DNA of 35,514 nucleotides from Acidobacteriota bacterium (GTDB lineage: Bacteria; Acidobacteriota; Thermoanaerobaculia; Multivoradales; JAHEKO01), in NCBI GenBank assembly GCA_029861655.1, contig JAOTZA010000001.1, positions 1-35,514 on the forward strand, read 5' to 3'. The first letter of the stretch is position 1; each line of letters begins with the position of its first letter. The translations under genes were made by a program, and so were the position numbers. Shown piece after piece: positions 15,779 to 24,259 of this stretch. The notes beneath the pieces are model-generated. The model searched no databases. It was not told the DNA's origin and saw nothing but the letters and a program-made list of their open reading frames with translations.

Positions 15779-17197
15779 TCACCCGGCGATCCCGCGCACC
15801 GCGGCGCGATAGATCTCTATTCCCCTGATGTAGGCCATCAGGCCGATCCGCTCGTTGGCGGCGTCCTTCTTGAAGCTGTCGGTCGAGAAGAGCGGGAAGG
15901 GTGAGAAGCCGTACGAGGGGATCCCCGCGGCGCGAAAGAACCGAGAATCGGTTCCGGTACCGGCAAGAAAGTGCGGGCCTATGGTCACCTCAGGGTAGAC
16001 CTCGAGCACCGACTCGGCGAGTCTCGAGAACACCGGATGATTGGTCGGGCTGCCGTGAAGGGCGCCGATGGGAGGGGCGACCTGATACGTCGTGCCATGG
16101 GTCAGCCAGGCCGGCATCAGGCGGCGGCGCGCCGCCGCGAAGTCCGAGCCGGGAAGTAGCAGAAAAACCGTTCGAAGGCTGAACCCTCCCTCCGGGTTTT
16201 CCTCGACCGGAAACAGGGCGAGATCGTCGCGAAACACCTTCTGAAGATAGGGCTTGATAGGACGGAACTTCTCCGGGTCGTGGAGCGCCAACCACGGATT
16301 ACTCACCGGCTCTGAGAAGAATTTCGCCGTGCGGGTAGGGCCATAGGCGCGGAGAAAGGTCTCGGTTTCATCGGTCAACCGCAGATCGAAGTTGCCCTCG
16401 CGGAGGCGGGACAGCGCGGCGCGTAGGTTCTCCAGAGAGTCCCGGTCGTCGGAACAGAACGTCACGACACCATAGCGACCTTGAGCGAACTCGATTCCCC
16501 AATACTTGATCTCGGTGTGATTGATCGGTTCGACCACACCGCCTTCGGTGAGCACGACCCAGAAACGTTCGATGAGCTCGGGGTGCTGCGCGAGGATCCA
16601 GCGAGCGCCGAGGTCGCTGCCGTGCTCCTCGCCACCGGTGGCCAGGAAGATGACCGAGCGTTTGGGTTTTCGCCCCACGCTGACCAGTGCTTCGAGAGCC
16701 GCAAGCTGCGCCGCGGCTACGCTCTTCATGTCGAAGGTGCCGCGGCCGTAGAGCCAGGGGCCGTCGATCTCCGCTTGGAAGGGGGGAAACTTCCAGGCTT
16801 CTTCGTCAACGGGAGAGACGTCGATATGGCTGTGGAGTACGAGGGCTTCCGGGTCGTCGCCCTCGAGGACCGCCCACAGGTTGGCGCTCTTCTCGCCCAA
16901 TCGCTCTATCTTCGGGTCGAGCCCCAGTCTCTCGAGCTCGGCGGCCAGAAACTCAGCGCCAGCCAGTTCGCTTCCCGTGTCACGCGAAGTGTCGATGCTC
17001 ACGTAGCGGCGAAGCAGGTCCACCTCCGGCATCGACTCGAAATCCATGTACGCCCACTCCTCGTCGGGGGCGATTACCCTCGGCCGGGCTTCGAGCCACA
17101 GGAAGACCGCCGTCGCGGTGAGGAAGACGAGGGCGATGCCGTAGAGCCAGAAGCGTGCGATCCGGCGGCGCCGGGGGTCTTCGATGCGGGTGAACAC
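15779..17197 (-). CDS. M20-family metallopeptidase with N-terminal TM anchor
   Basis: It has HSHIDVSPV, GRGTFDMKS and ATGGEEHGS motifs typical of M20 (ArgE/DapE/CPG2-like) enzymes. The start is uncertain. GTG 17197 avoids a divergent overlap with the aminotransferase gene. The ORF track's TTG 17260 is the alternative. Confidence 0.7.
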   Translation of the reverse strand: MFTRIEDPRRRRIARFWLYGIALVFLTATAVFLWLEARPRVIAPDEEWAYMDFESMPEVDLLRRYVSIDTSRDTGSELAGAEFLAAELERLGLDPKIERLGEKSANLWAVLEGDDPEALVLHSHIDVSPVDEEAWKFPPFQAEIDGPWLYGRGTFDMKSVAAAQLAALEALVSVGRKPKRSVIFLATGGEEHGSDLGARWILAQHPELIERFWVVLTEGGVVEPINHTEIKYWGIEFAQGRYGVVTFCSDDRDSLENLRAALSRLREGNFDLRLTDETETFLRAYGPTRTAKFFSEPVSNPWLALHDPEKFRPIKPYLQKVFRDDLALFPVEENPEGGFSLRTVFLLLPGSDFAAARRRLMPAWLTHGTTYQVAPPIGALHGSPTNHPVFSRLAESVLEVYPEVTIGPHFLAGTGTDSRFFRAAGIPSYGFSPFPLFSTDSFKKDAANERIGLMAYIRGIEIYRAAVRGIAG

Positions 17198-17252
17198 GGC
17201 GCGGATACTAACAGGACCACCACCGGCCGTGGGCCGGATAACATGCTGCGCG

Positions 17253-18371
17253 ATGGACAAAAACAGGATTCCGGCTTTCGAGCTGCGAGGCGCGGTCGAT
17301 GCCGTGCGCGCCGAGGTCGAAGAGGGCTGGAGGAGCCTTCTCGACCAGACCGCTTTTGTCGGCGGCCATGAGGTATCGCGATTTGAAGACGCTTTCTCCG
17401 ACTACCTCGGCGCGCCGGCGTGCGCCGGGGTCGCCAATGGTACCGACGCACTGGTTCTCTCGCTCAAGGCACTGGGAGTCGGCCCCGGGGACGAGGTGAT
17501 CGTCCCGGCGTTCTCGTTTGCGGCGAGCGCCACGACCGTCGCCTGGCTTGGCGGCAGGCCGGTCTTTGCCGATGTCGAGCCGCACACCCTCAACCTCGAC
17601 CCCCGGGACCTCGGGAATCGAGTGACCGAGCGCACTGTGGGTGTGATCGGGGTTCATCTCTACGGCCGGCCTTTCGACCAGGCGGTTCGGGCCTTTTGTG
17701 ACCGAAAAGGCCTGTGGCTGATCGAGGACGCTGCGCAGGCGCATGGCGCGAGTCTGGCGAGCCGGAGAGTGGGAGCTGTTGGGGAGCTGGCGACCTGGAG
17801 CTTCTACCCGACCAAGAATCTGGGCTGCTTTGGGGATGGTGGAGCAGTGACCGGATGCTCGGCGGAGCTCGTCGAGACCGTGCGAAGACTGCGCAATCAC
17901 GGCCAGCAAGGGCGCTATCGTCATGTCGAGCTGGGAACCAACAGCCGGCTCGATGCCTTGCAGGCTGCGGTTCTGAACCGCCGGTTACCCCGTCTTGAGG
18001 GCGCCAACGAACGCCGCCGGCAGATCGCCGCGAGCTACAGCGAGGCTCTCGGGCCGATTGCGGGTCTTACTCTGCTAGCCGATCCACCCGGCTCGATCCC
18101 CGTGTACCACCAGATGACGATTCTGACCGAACGGCGGGACGAGTTGGCGAGCTATCTCGAGACCCGGGGTGTCGGCACATCGATCCACTACCCCGAGCCG
18201 CTTCACCATCAGCCGGCGCTCGAGGCCTTCGCTCCGGGCGACGACGAGTTGCCGGTCTCGATCCGGGCCGCGCGACAAGTTCTTTGCCTACCGATGTTCC
18301 CGGAGTTGACCGACGACCAGGTGGCCATCGTCTGCTCCAGGATCTCGGACTTCTTCGCGTCGTCGGGCTGA
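17253..18371 (+). CDS. DegT/DnrJ/EryC1/StrS-family sugar aminotransferase
   Basis: The start is placed at ATG 17253 (MDKNRIPAFEL...). It has FEDAFSDYLG..ACAGVANGTDAL, the PLP-lysine context SFYPTKNLGCFGDGGAV, RNHGQ and NSRLDALQAAVL. Confidence 0.85.
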   Translation: MDKNRIPAFELRGAVDAVRAEVEEGWRSLLDQTAFVGGHEVSRFEDAFSDYLGAPACAGVANGTDALVLSLKALGVGPGDEVIVPAFSFAASATTVAWLGGRPVFADVEPHTLNLDPRDLGNRVTERTVGVIGVHLYGRPFDQAVRAFCDRKGLWLIEDAAQAHGASLASRRVGAVGELATWSFYPTKNLGCFGDGGAVTGCSAELVETVRRLRNHGQQGRYRHVELGTNSRLDALQAAVLNRRLPRLEGANERRRQIAASYSEALGPIAGLTLLADPPGSIPVYHQMTILTERRDELASYLETRGVGTSIHYPEPLHHQPALEAFAPGDDELPVSIRAARQVLCLPMFPELTDDQVAIVCSRISDFFASSG

Positions 18372-18405
18372 CCGGGACCCACAAGGCGCTGCCGCCTAGG
18401 TTCGG

Positions 18406-19278
18406 TCAGAGCCCGTAGAGCATCATCACGACTGCCGCCCCCCACAACGCCACGTTGACGAGCGATGGCCAGTCGCGCACCACGGATTCGGTCGGGTTGA
18501 GCTTCCCAGGATGTTGATAGGTCAGGTAGAGATAGCGAAAGACGCCGAATAGGACAAAGGGCATGGTGGCGAGGAGAAACCGGTGGCCGAAGCGCTCCAG
18601 AATGCCGGGAGACACCGAATAGAGCGCATACGTGATGACGCTCGATGCCGTGACGACGTTGATCATCTGGTCGAGGAACGTGTCTCCGTAGTGGTCGAGG
18701 ACCCGCCGTTGTTTGGACGCCTGGTCGGCAAGAAGGGCGAGCTCATGCCGGCGCTTCGAGAACGCCAGGAAGAGGGCCAGGAAGATGGTGCAGAGCAGGA
18801 GCCATGCCGAGAGTTCCACCCCGATGGCCGCACCGCCACCCGCTACGCGCAAGACAAACCCGGCGGCGATGCTCATCACATCGAGGATGACGACCTGCTT
18901 GAGCCACAGCGTGTAGAGCAGGTTGATGCCAAGATAGAACAACGCCACGAGCAGAAAATCGCCGCCGAGCGCCGAGGCCGCTGCCAGCGCGATAGCTGCC
19001 AAGATTGCGGCGAGGCTGCCCGCCAGCGCCAGCGAAACCCTGCCCGAGGCGACCGGCCGGTCTCGTTTGACCGGGTGGTTGCGATCGCAGTCGCGGTCGC
19101 GAATATCGTTGAAGGCGTAAACGGCGCTGGCAGCCGCGCAAAAACTCAAAAGAGCGATCGCGACCCGACCGAGAGCCCATGGATCCACCAAGCGACCGGC
19201 AAAGACGATCGGCGCCAGAACAAATACGTTCTTGACCCAGTGGGACGGGCGCATCAACTCGATCGCGGCACCTGGCAT
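18406..19278 (-). CDS. UbiA-family prenyl-phosphate phosphoribosyltransferase (decaprenyl-phosphate 5-phosphoribosyltransferase-like)
   Basis: It has RPSHWVKNVFVLAPIVFAG and NDIRDRDCDRNHPVKRDRPVASG, characteristic of the Rv3806c-like UbiA subfamily. It is a polytopic membrane protein of 290 aa. Confidence 0.7.
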   Translation of the reverse strand: MPGAAIELMRPSHWVKNVFVLAPIVFAGRLVDPWALGRVAIALLSFCAAASAVYAFNDIRDRDCDRNHPVKRDRPVASGRVSLALAGSLAAILAAIALAAASALGGDFLLVALFYLGINLLYTLWLKQVVILDVMSIAAGFVLRVAGGGAAIGVELSAWLLLCTIFLALFLAFSKRRHELALLADQASKQRRVLDHYGDTFLDQMINVVTASSVITYALYSVSPGILERFGHRFLLATMPFVLFGVFRYLYLTYQHPGKLNPTESVVRDWPSLVNVALWGAAVVMMLYGL

Positions 19279-19379
19279 GAGGGACTATCTTAGTATCCGG
19301 GAGCAGCGGCACCTGGGCGGAACCGCTGGCAGTCGGCAGACGGGCGCCGGTGAGAAAGACAGGCTAAGGTAAAGCAGCG

Positions 19380-20942
19380 ATGAGCGAGCCACCGCCGAAA
19401 CGGCGATTCCGCAGTCCCTTCCGCAAGATTCTTGTCGCCAACCGCGGCGAGATCGCGGTACGGGTATTGCGCGCCGCGCGCGAGCGCGGGATCACCGGTG
19501 CGGTCGTCTACTCCGAGCCGGACAGAGCATCACTGCCGGTGCTGTTGGCCGATGAGGCTCATCTGATCGGACCGGCGCTTGCCAGCGAGAGTTATCTGCG
19601 AGGCGAGGCGATCATCGATCTCGCGGAGCGGATCGGCGCCGACGCGATCCACCCTGGTTATGGCTTTCTTGCCGAGAATGCCTCCTTTGCCCAGATGTGT
19701 GTCGACAGTGGAGTGGCCTTCATCGGCCCGCCCGCCGGTGCGATTGCTGCGATGGGATCAAAGCTCGAGAGCCGGCGTCTCATGCAGGAGGCCGGTGTGC
19801 CGGTGATCCCCGGTGGGTACTCCCCCGTGACGAGCGTCGAAGATGCCGCCAGTCGCGCAGAGGAATTGGGCTTCCCGGTGATGGTTAAAGCCTCGGCCGG
19901 TGGTGGTGGCAAGGGACTACGGCGGGTCTCGTCTTCGGCGGAGCTTGGTTCGGCATTCCGGGGAGCGCGGTCCGAAGCGGCTGCGAGTTTTGGCGACGAC
20001 ACGGTGTATCTCGAGAAATACATCGAGCGACCGCGTCATGTCGAACTCCAGGTGCTGGCCGACCGGCACGGCCAGGTCGTCTCGTTGGGAGAGCGGGAAT
20101 GCTCGATCCAGCGACGGCACCAAAAAGTCATCGAAGAAGCGCCTTCGCCGGTGGTCGATCCCGAGTTGCGTCGGCGGATGGGCGCCGCAGCGGTGGCGGC
20201 GGCGGCAGCCGTCGGGTATGAGAATGCCGGCACCGTCGAGTTTCTGTTGGCGGCTACGGGTGAATTCTTTTTTCTCGAGATGAACACCCGTTTGCAGGTC
20301 GAGCATCCGGTGACCGAGCTGGTGACCGGTCTCGATCTCGTCCGCTGGCAGATCGCCATTGCGGAGGGCCGGCCGCTCCCGCCCGAGATCACCGATACGG
20401 AGATCGAGCCTCACGGCCATGCAATCGAAGTGCGGATCTATGCCGAGAACCCCGACATGGGTTTTGCGCCGTCACCGGGGAGGATCGAGCGGCTGCGGTT
20501 GCCACAAGGTCCCGGTGTTCGGAACGACTGTGGTGTTTACGAGGGAAGCGAAGTGTCGATCTACTACGATCCGATGATGTCCAAGCTCATCGTCCATGGC
20601 CGAGACCGCGGCCACGCGCTGGAGCGGCTGGAGCGAGCCCTGGCTGAGACCCGATTCGACGGTGTGAACACCGCGCTCGGGCTCTACCGGGAACTGATTT
20701 GCGACGACGACTTTCGTCAGGGCCGGATGGATATCGGTTTGCTCGAGCGCAAGATCGAGGCCGGCGAGTTGAGGACCCCAAGCCAATCCACCGAGGAACG
20801 GGATCTGCCGTTGATCATCGCGGCCCTTGAACACCTCGAGCGTCAGGCTCGAAGCTCGGCGGTGCCTCATCGAGATGGGCGGCGCAACCACTGGCGGGAG
20901 GCCGCTCGCATCGAAGCGGCAGGGGGCGACCGATGGAACTGA
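19380..20942 (+). CDS. Biotin carboxylase subunit (acyl-CoA carboxylase alpha, BC domain plus start of BT region)
   Basis: It has KILVANRGEIAVRVLRA, MVKASAGGGGKGLR, LEMNTRLQVEHPVTE and other motifs. At 520 aa it is about 70 aa longer than a stand-alone AccC. Confidence 0.85.
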   Translation: MSEPPPKRRFRSPFRKILVANRGEIAVRVLRAARERGITGAVVYSEPDRASLPVLLADEAHLIGPALASESYLRGEAIIDLAERIGADAIHPGYGFLAENASFAQMCVDSGVAFIGPPAGAIAAMGSKLESRRLMQEAGVPVIPGGYSPVTSVEDAASRAEELGFPVMVKASAGGGGKGLRRVSSSAELGSAFRGARSEAAASFGDDTVYLEKYIERPRHVELQVLADRHGQVVSLGERECSIQRRHQKVIEEAPSPVVDPELRRRMGAAAVAAAAAVGYENAGTVEFLLAATGEFFFLEMNTRLQVEHPVTELVTGLDLVRWQIAIAEGRPLPPEITDTEIEPHGHAIEVRIYAENPDMGFAPSPGRIERLRLPQGPGVRNDCGVYEGSEVSIYYDPMMSKLIVHGRDRGHALERLERALAETRFDGVNTALGLYRELICDDDFRQGRMDIGLLERKIEAGELRTPSQSTEERDLPLIIAALEHLERQARSSAVPHRDGRRNHWREAARIEAAGGDRWN

Positions 20943-21436
20943 TCGTCCGCAGACGCGGCGAGGAGGAACACATCCGGCTCGAGAGGCGTGGCTCTGGCTT
21001 TCTCGTCCGCGTGGCGGATCGCAGCTACGAAGTCGATTGCACGGAGACCTCCGCCTCCGCGCGCAGCTTGCTTGTTGGCGCCTGTCAGCACGACGTGTCG
21101 GTGCGACATCTCGGCGACGGCGAGTACGAGGTCGATACCGGGACTGGGCTCGAGCGAATTCAGGTGCTGGGCCGGTTGGAGCATCTCGCGGAAACAGCGC
21201 ATGGCGCAAAGGCGACGTTGGGCGCTGTGCGGGTCACCGCATACATGCCGGGCCGGGTGATCGCGCTTCTTGCGGAGGAGGGCGCCCGTGTCCAGGCGGG
21301 CGATGGCGTGCTTGTCCTCGAAGCGATGAAGATGGAGAACGAGATTCGAGCCGACCGCAGTGGCGTGATCAAGAGATTCTTGGTCGATGTCGGCCAGCCG
21401 GTCGAGGGTGGGGAACCTCTTTACGAGTTCGAGTAG
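20933..21436 (+). CDS. Biotin carboxyl carrier (biotinyl/lipoyl domain) protein with N-terminal BT-like beta region
   Basis: It carries the biotinylation motif VLEAMKMENEI near the C-terminus. Its ATG lies inside the last codons of the BC gene (ATGGAACTGA, a 10-nt overlap). Confidence 0.8.
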   Translation: MELIVRRRGEEEHIRLERRGSGFLVRVADRSYEVDCTETSASARSLLVGACQHDVSVRHLGDGEYEVDTGTGLERIQVLGRLEHLAETAHGAKATLGAVRVTAYMPGRVIALLAEEGARVQAGDGVLVLEAMKMENEIRADRSGVIKRFLVDVGQPVEGGEPLYEFE

Positions 21437-22503
21437 CCTGAGGACCTCAGAACATCCTCGACCCGGATGTCCCGCAGGCACTTGTGGTGAAGCAACGGGC
21501 ACCTTCGCCTGAAGCAGGGTGAGCACCAACGGGAGGTCCAGAGAACCTCGTGCCCGGCGCCCACAGTGGCCGATTCACCAACATCGCCCACATCACCCAC
21601 ATTACTCACATCGCCCAATGGCGCTGTGCGGCGAGGATCCGTAGGACCAAAGATAGCCACACAACGTGTGCCGACGGCAGCAGCGAGATGCATGGGTCCG
21701 GAGTCGTTGGTCACCAGCAGCGAGAGCCGTTCGAGCACCGCCGCCAACACAGCGAGGTCCAGTCCGGCACCCAGGATTGGCAGGTCCAGCCCGCTGGCAT
21801 CCGCGATCGAGCGCGCCAGTTCGGTTTCGCCGGGGCCGACGATGAGGACAGGGTCTGGACCCTTATCGGTGGCTGCCAGACGCCGCGCGAGTTCGGCGAA
21901 CCGGTCGGGTGGCCAGCGCTTGCTGGGGCCGAATGCGGTGCCGGCGAAGAGACCGACAAGGTCGCCGTGCTGGGCCAGCCCGCTGGCTGCGAGCGCTTGT
22001 CGAGCCGCCAAGCGGTTCTCTTTCCCCGGCTCGAGGCGCGGCGTGTTGTCTCCGACCGGATCGATGCGCATCGCTGTGAGGAGCGGATCGTAGTCGTTTA
22101 GTTGATGGTACTGGCTTGGCAAGCGGTTGTCGTGGGATGACTTGCGTTTCTTGGGCTGTCTCGGTTTTGCCACGGCGGGTCGCAGGAGGGGGTGCCGGAA
22201 ATCGCCCGAATATCCCCAGCGGCGCGGGATTCCTGCGCGCTGCGCGAGCCAGGCCGCGCGAAACGAATTGGGGAGAATCACGACTTCGTCCGGCCCCAGC
22301 TGCTTGATCTTCTCTATGGTTTCTCGGTTGCTTGCCCCGCGGCTCATGGAGCTCGCGAGCTGGGGGATGAGCCGGAGTAGCGGAATCAGGTTCGTCCGGG
22401 CGAGGCCGTGGATCTCACGCCCTGAGGCGGCGAGGCTCGCGAGAACCGGTTGTGCCATCACCGTGTCGCCGACCCAGTTGGGCAGGATGACGAGTGTCTT
22501 CAA
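21421..22503 (-). CDS. Glycosyltransferase family 9 (LPS heptosyltransferase, WaaF/RfaF-like)
   Basis: It has LVILPNWVGDTVMAQPVL, NDSGPMHLAAAVGTRCVAIFGPTDP and a C-terminal CSPC...C pattern. The TTG start overlaps the upstream stop (TTGA). Confidence 0.8.
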   Translation of the reverse strand: MKTLVILPNWVGDTVMAQPVLASLAASGREIHGLARTNLIPLLRLIPQLASSMSRGASNRETIEKIKQLGPDEVVILPNSFRAAWLAQRAGIPRRWGYSGDFRHPLLRPAVAKPRQPKKRKSSHDNRLPSQYHQLNDYDPLLTAMRIDPVGDNTPRLEPGKENRLAARQALAASGLAQHGDLVGLFAGTAFGPSKRWPPDRFAELARRLAATDKGPDPVLIVGPGETELARSIADASGLDLPILGAGLDLAVLAAVLERLSLLVTNDSGPMHLAAAVGTRCVAIFGPTDPRRTAPLGDVSNVGDVGDVGESATVGAGHEVLWTSRWCSPCFRRRCPLLHHKCLRDIRVEDVLRSSGYSNS

Positions 22504-23174
22504 CGCTGTCTCGCTTTCGCCAGGCCGAGGGTTGACCAGGGGTACTGCTCGGGTCGCGCCAGAATCTCCGCTTCGATCGCAACGACGAACCGCCGGGTGA
22601 GACTTTCTTTGTCGTCGCCTCCGAAGATCGGTACGATCGGCGGTCGAACAACGACTCTGAAGCGTCGCCGTCGTTCCAGAAAAGCAAAAACCGGAAGCGC
22701 CGCGTACGCCTGGTCGAGAGCCCTTGCAGCGGCAAGTGTCGATGCTTTGAAGGGGCGGCCAAGGAAAGGCAACTCTATAGAATGGTCTGCCGCATGCCCG
22801 GACTGCGGCTGGTCGAGCCGGGTCAGATCATGTGGGGTGTCCGAACCACCCTTGTACAGATCGAGCACGGTAGAAACGAGTTCGAAGAGGCCTAGGGAGG
22901 CGCTCAACAGGACCACGCCGCCTCCCGTTCTTTGAGCTTGCTCGATCCTCTCCCAGCCTTCGAACTCGAGCCTCGAACAGAGCCGAACCGGGTCCACGCG
23001 GTCCAGCGCGCGCCGCTCGTCCGCGACACGAGCTTGATGGGAAAAAGAGCGCGAGAGAAGCCGATGTCGAGCCGCGGTCGAGAGATCGGGCAGAGCGGCT
23101 TCGAGGCGTTTGGCGGCGGCTCGGCGAACGGCCCGGGGGGCTGCTCTCGTGATCCGTGCCAGGTGGGCCTTCAT
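22500..23174 (-). CDS. Short LpxL/HtrB-like lipid A acyltransferase homolog (possibly degenerate)
   Basis: 224 aa with ATGA coupling to lpxK. It resembles the middle and C-terminal parts of Lip_A_acyltrans proteins. It lacks the N-terminal anchor, and the expected H(F/L)GNWE position reads SLGLFE. Confidence 0.5.
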   Translation of the reverse strand: MKAHLARITRAAPRAVRRAAAKRLEAALPDLSTAARHRLLSRSFSHQARVADERRALDRVDPVRLCSRLEFEGWERIEQAQRTGGGVVLLSASLGLFELVSTVLDLYKGGSDTPHDLTRLDQPQSGHAADHSIELPFLGRPFKASTLAAARALDQAYAALPVFAFLERRRRFRVVVRPPIVPIFGGDDKESLTRRFVVAIEAEILARPEQYPWSTLGLAKARQR

Positions 23175-24259
23175 GAGGCTTCCGTGTCAAGCTGCGCGAG
23201 ACTCGAGCCGAGCCAGCTCCAGAAAGCCTCTTCGGGTCGCGCCCGCAGCGGCAACTCCGCCAGTGGTGTCTCGAGGCGCCCCAAGAGCTTGACGTGGTCC
23301 TTGCCGGTCGTCACGACCCAGGCGGCTCCGGACTCACGCCACGCCCGTTCGATTTGGCGCAGACTCTCGTCAGGGTAGGAATGATGGTCGGGAAACGCGA
23401 GAGACCCGACGAGTTCGTAGGGGAGGCTTGCGAGAGCCTTGGCCACTCTTCCGGGGCGCGCGATACCGGTCACCAGAAAAACGCTGGCCCCCTCCGGGAC
23501 CGGCTCCTGCCTCTTGTGTGTCGGTGGCAGTACCGTCGTGTAGCTCGAAAAGCTTCGGCCGGTGAAACCGTACTGGGCGAGTCCAGCCGTCAACTCCTCG
23601 GGCCGCCAGTCGGCGGCGTTCTCGTCGGGCCGCCTGCCGGCGGCTTGGGTAGGCCGCTCGGGGAGAGACCAGACGATCGCATTTGCATGGCGCACCGAGG
23701 TGAGTGGCTCGCGCAGCCTCCCGGAAGGCGGCAACCGTCCACCCGCCATCGGATCATCCGGAGGGAAGACCAGGATGTCGATGTCTCGCGCCAGGCGCAC
23801 GTGCGAGAAACCATCATCTAGGAGGAAGACGTCAGGTGTCGTCGGCAGACGTTCGAGTGCCAACTGCCCGGCTCGGTAGCGATCCGCTGCTACCACGACA
23901 CTGACGCCCTGAAGCTCGCCGGCCAGCAGGACCGGTTCGTCCCCAGCCGCCAGCGGCCCCAGAAGAGGGCCGGAACCGGTGCTGACCACCCGGACTCCGC
24001 TGCCGCGGCTGCCGTAGCCGCGAGACAGGATCGCCACCTGCCGGCCCTGGTCGCGGAGCCGGGCGGCGATCGACGCGGTCAACGGCGTTTTGCCAGTGCC
24101 TCCCCAGTGAAGATTGCCGACGCTGATGACCGGCCTTGGCAGGCGAGAGGCACGGCGTCGGTACCAGGCGCGACGCAACCGGTGACCGCCGCCGTAAAGC
24201 CGCTGCCAGGGCGACATGGAAGGTGCCGGCACTTTGTAGGCTGTGGCTTCCGAGTTCAT
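23171..24259 (-). CDS. lpxK: Tetraacyldisaccharide 4'-kinase
   Basis: It has the P-loop context ISVGNLHWGGTGKTP and AILSRGYG. The start is placed at ATG 24259, an ATGA overlap with the waaA stop. The 24260-24442 extension overlaps waaA. Confidence 0.9.
   Translation of the reverse strand: MNSEATAYKVPAPSMSPWQRLYGGGHRLRRAWYRRRASRLPRPVISVGNLHWGGTGKTPLTASIAARLRDQGRQVAILSRGYGSRGSGVRVVSTGSGPLLGPLAAGDEPVLLAGELQGVSVVVAADRYRAGQLALERLPTTPDVFLLDDGFSHVRLARDIDILVFPPDDPMAGGRLPPSGRLREPLTSVRHANAIVWSLPERPTQAAGRRPDENAADWRPEELTAGLAQYGFTGRSFSSYTTVLPPTHKRQEPVPEGASVFLVTGIARPGRVAKALASLPYELVGSLAFPDHHSYPDESLRQIERAWRESGAAWVVTTGKDHVKLLGRLETPLAELPLRARPEEAFWSWLGSSLAQLDTEAS

Noticed and set aside
21421-21436. A 16-bp overlap of the convergent 3' ends of the BCCP gene and the GT9 heptosyltransferase gene.
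   Set aside because: Small convergent overlaps are common in compact high-GC genomes. I found no hairpin or other structure, so I note it only as evidence of tight packing.
21577-21617. Imperfect 9-bp tandem repeats (cacatcgcc / cacatcacc / cacattact / cacatcgcc) inside the GT9 gene, encoding ...VGDVGDVGE....
   Set aside because: This is a short in-frame low-complexity insertion in a variable loop before the C-terminal Cys motif. The copies are too few and too degenerate to argue for phase variation.
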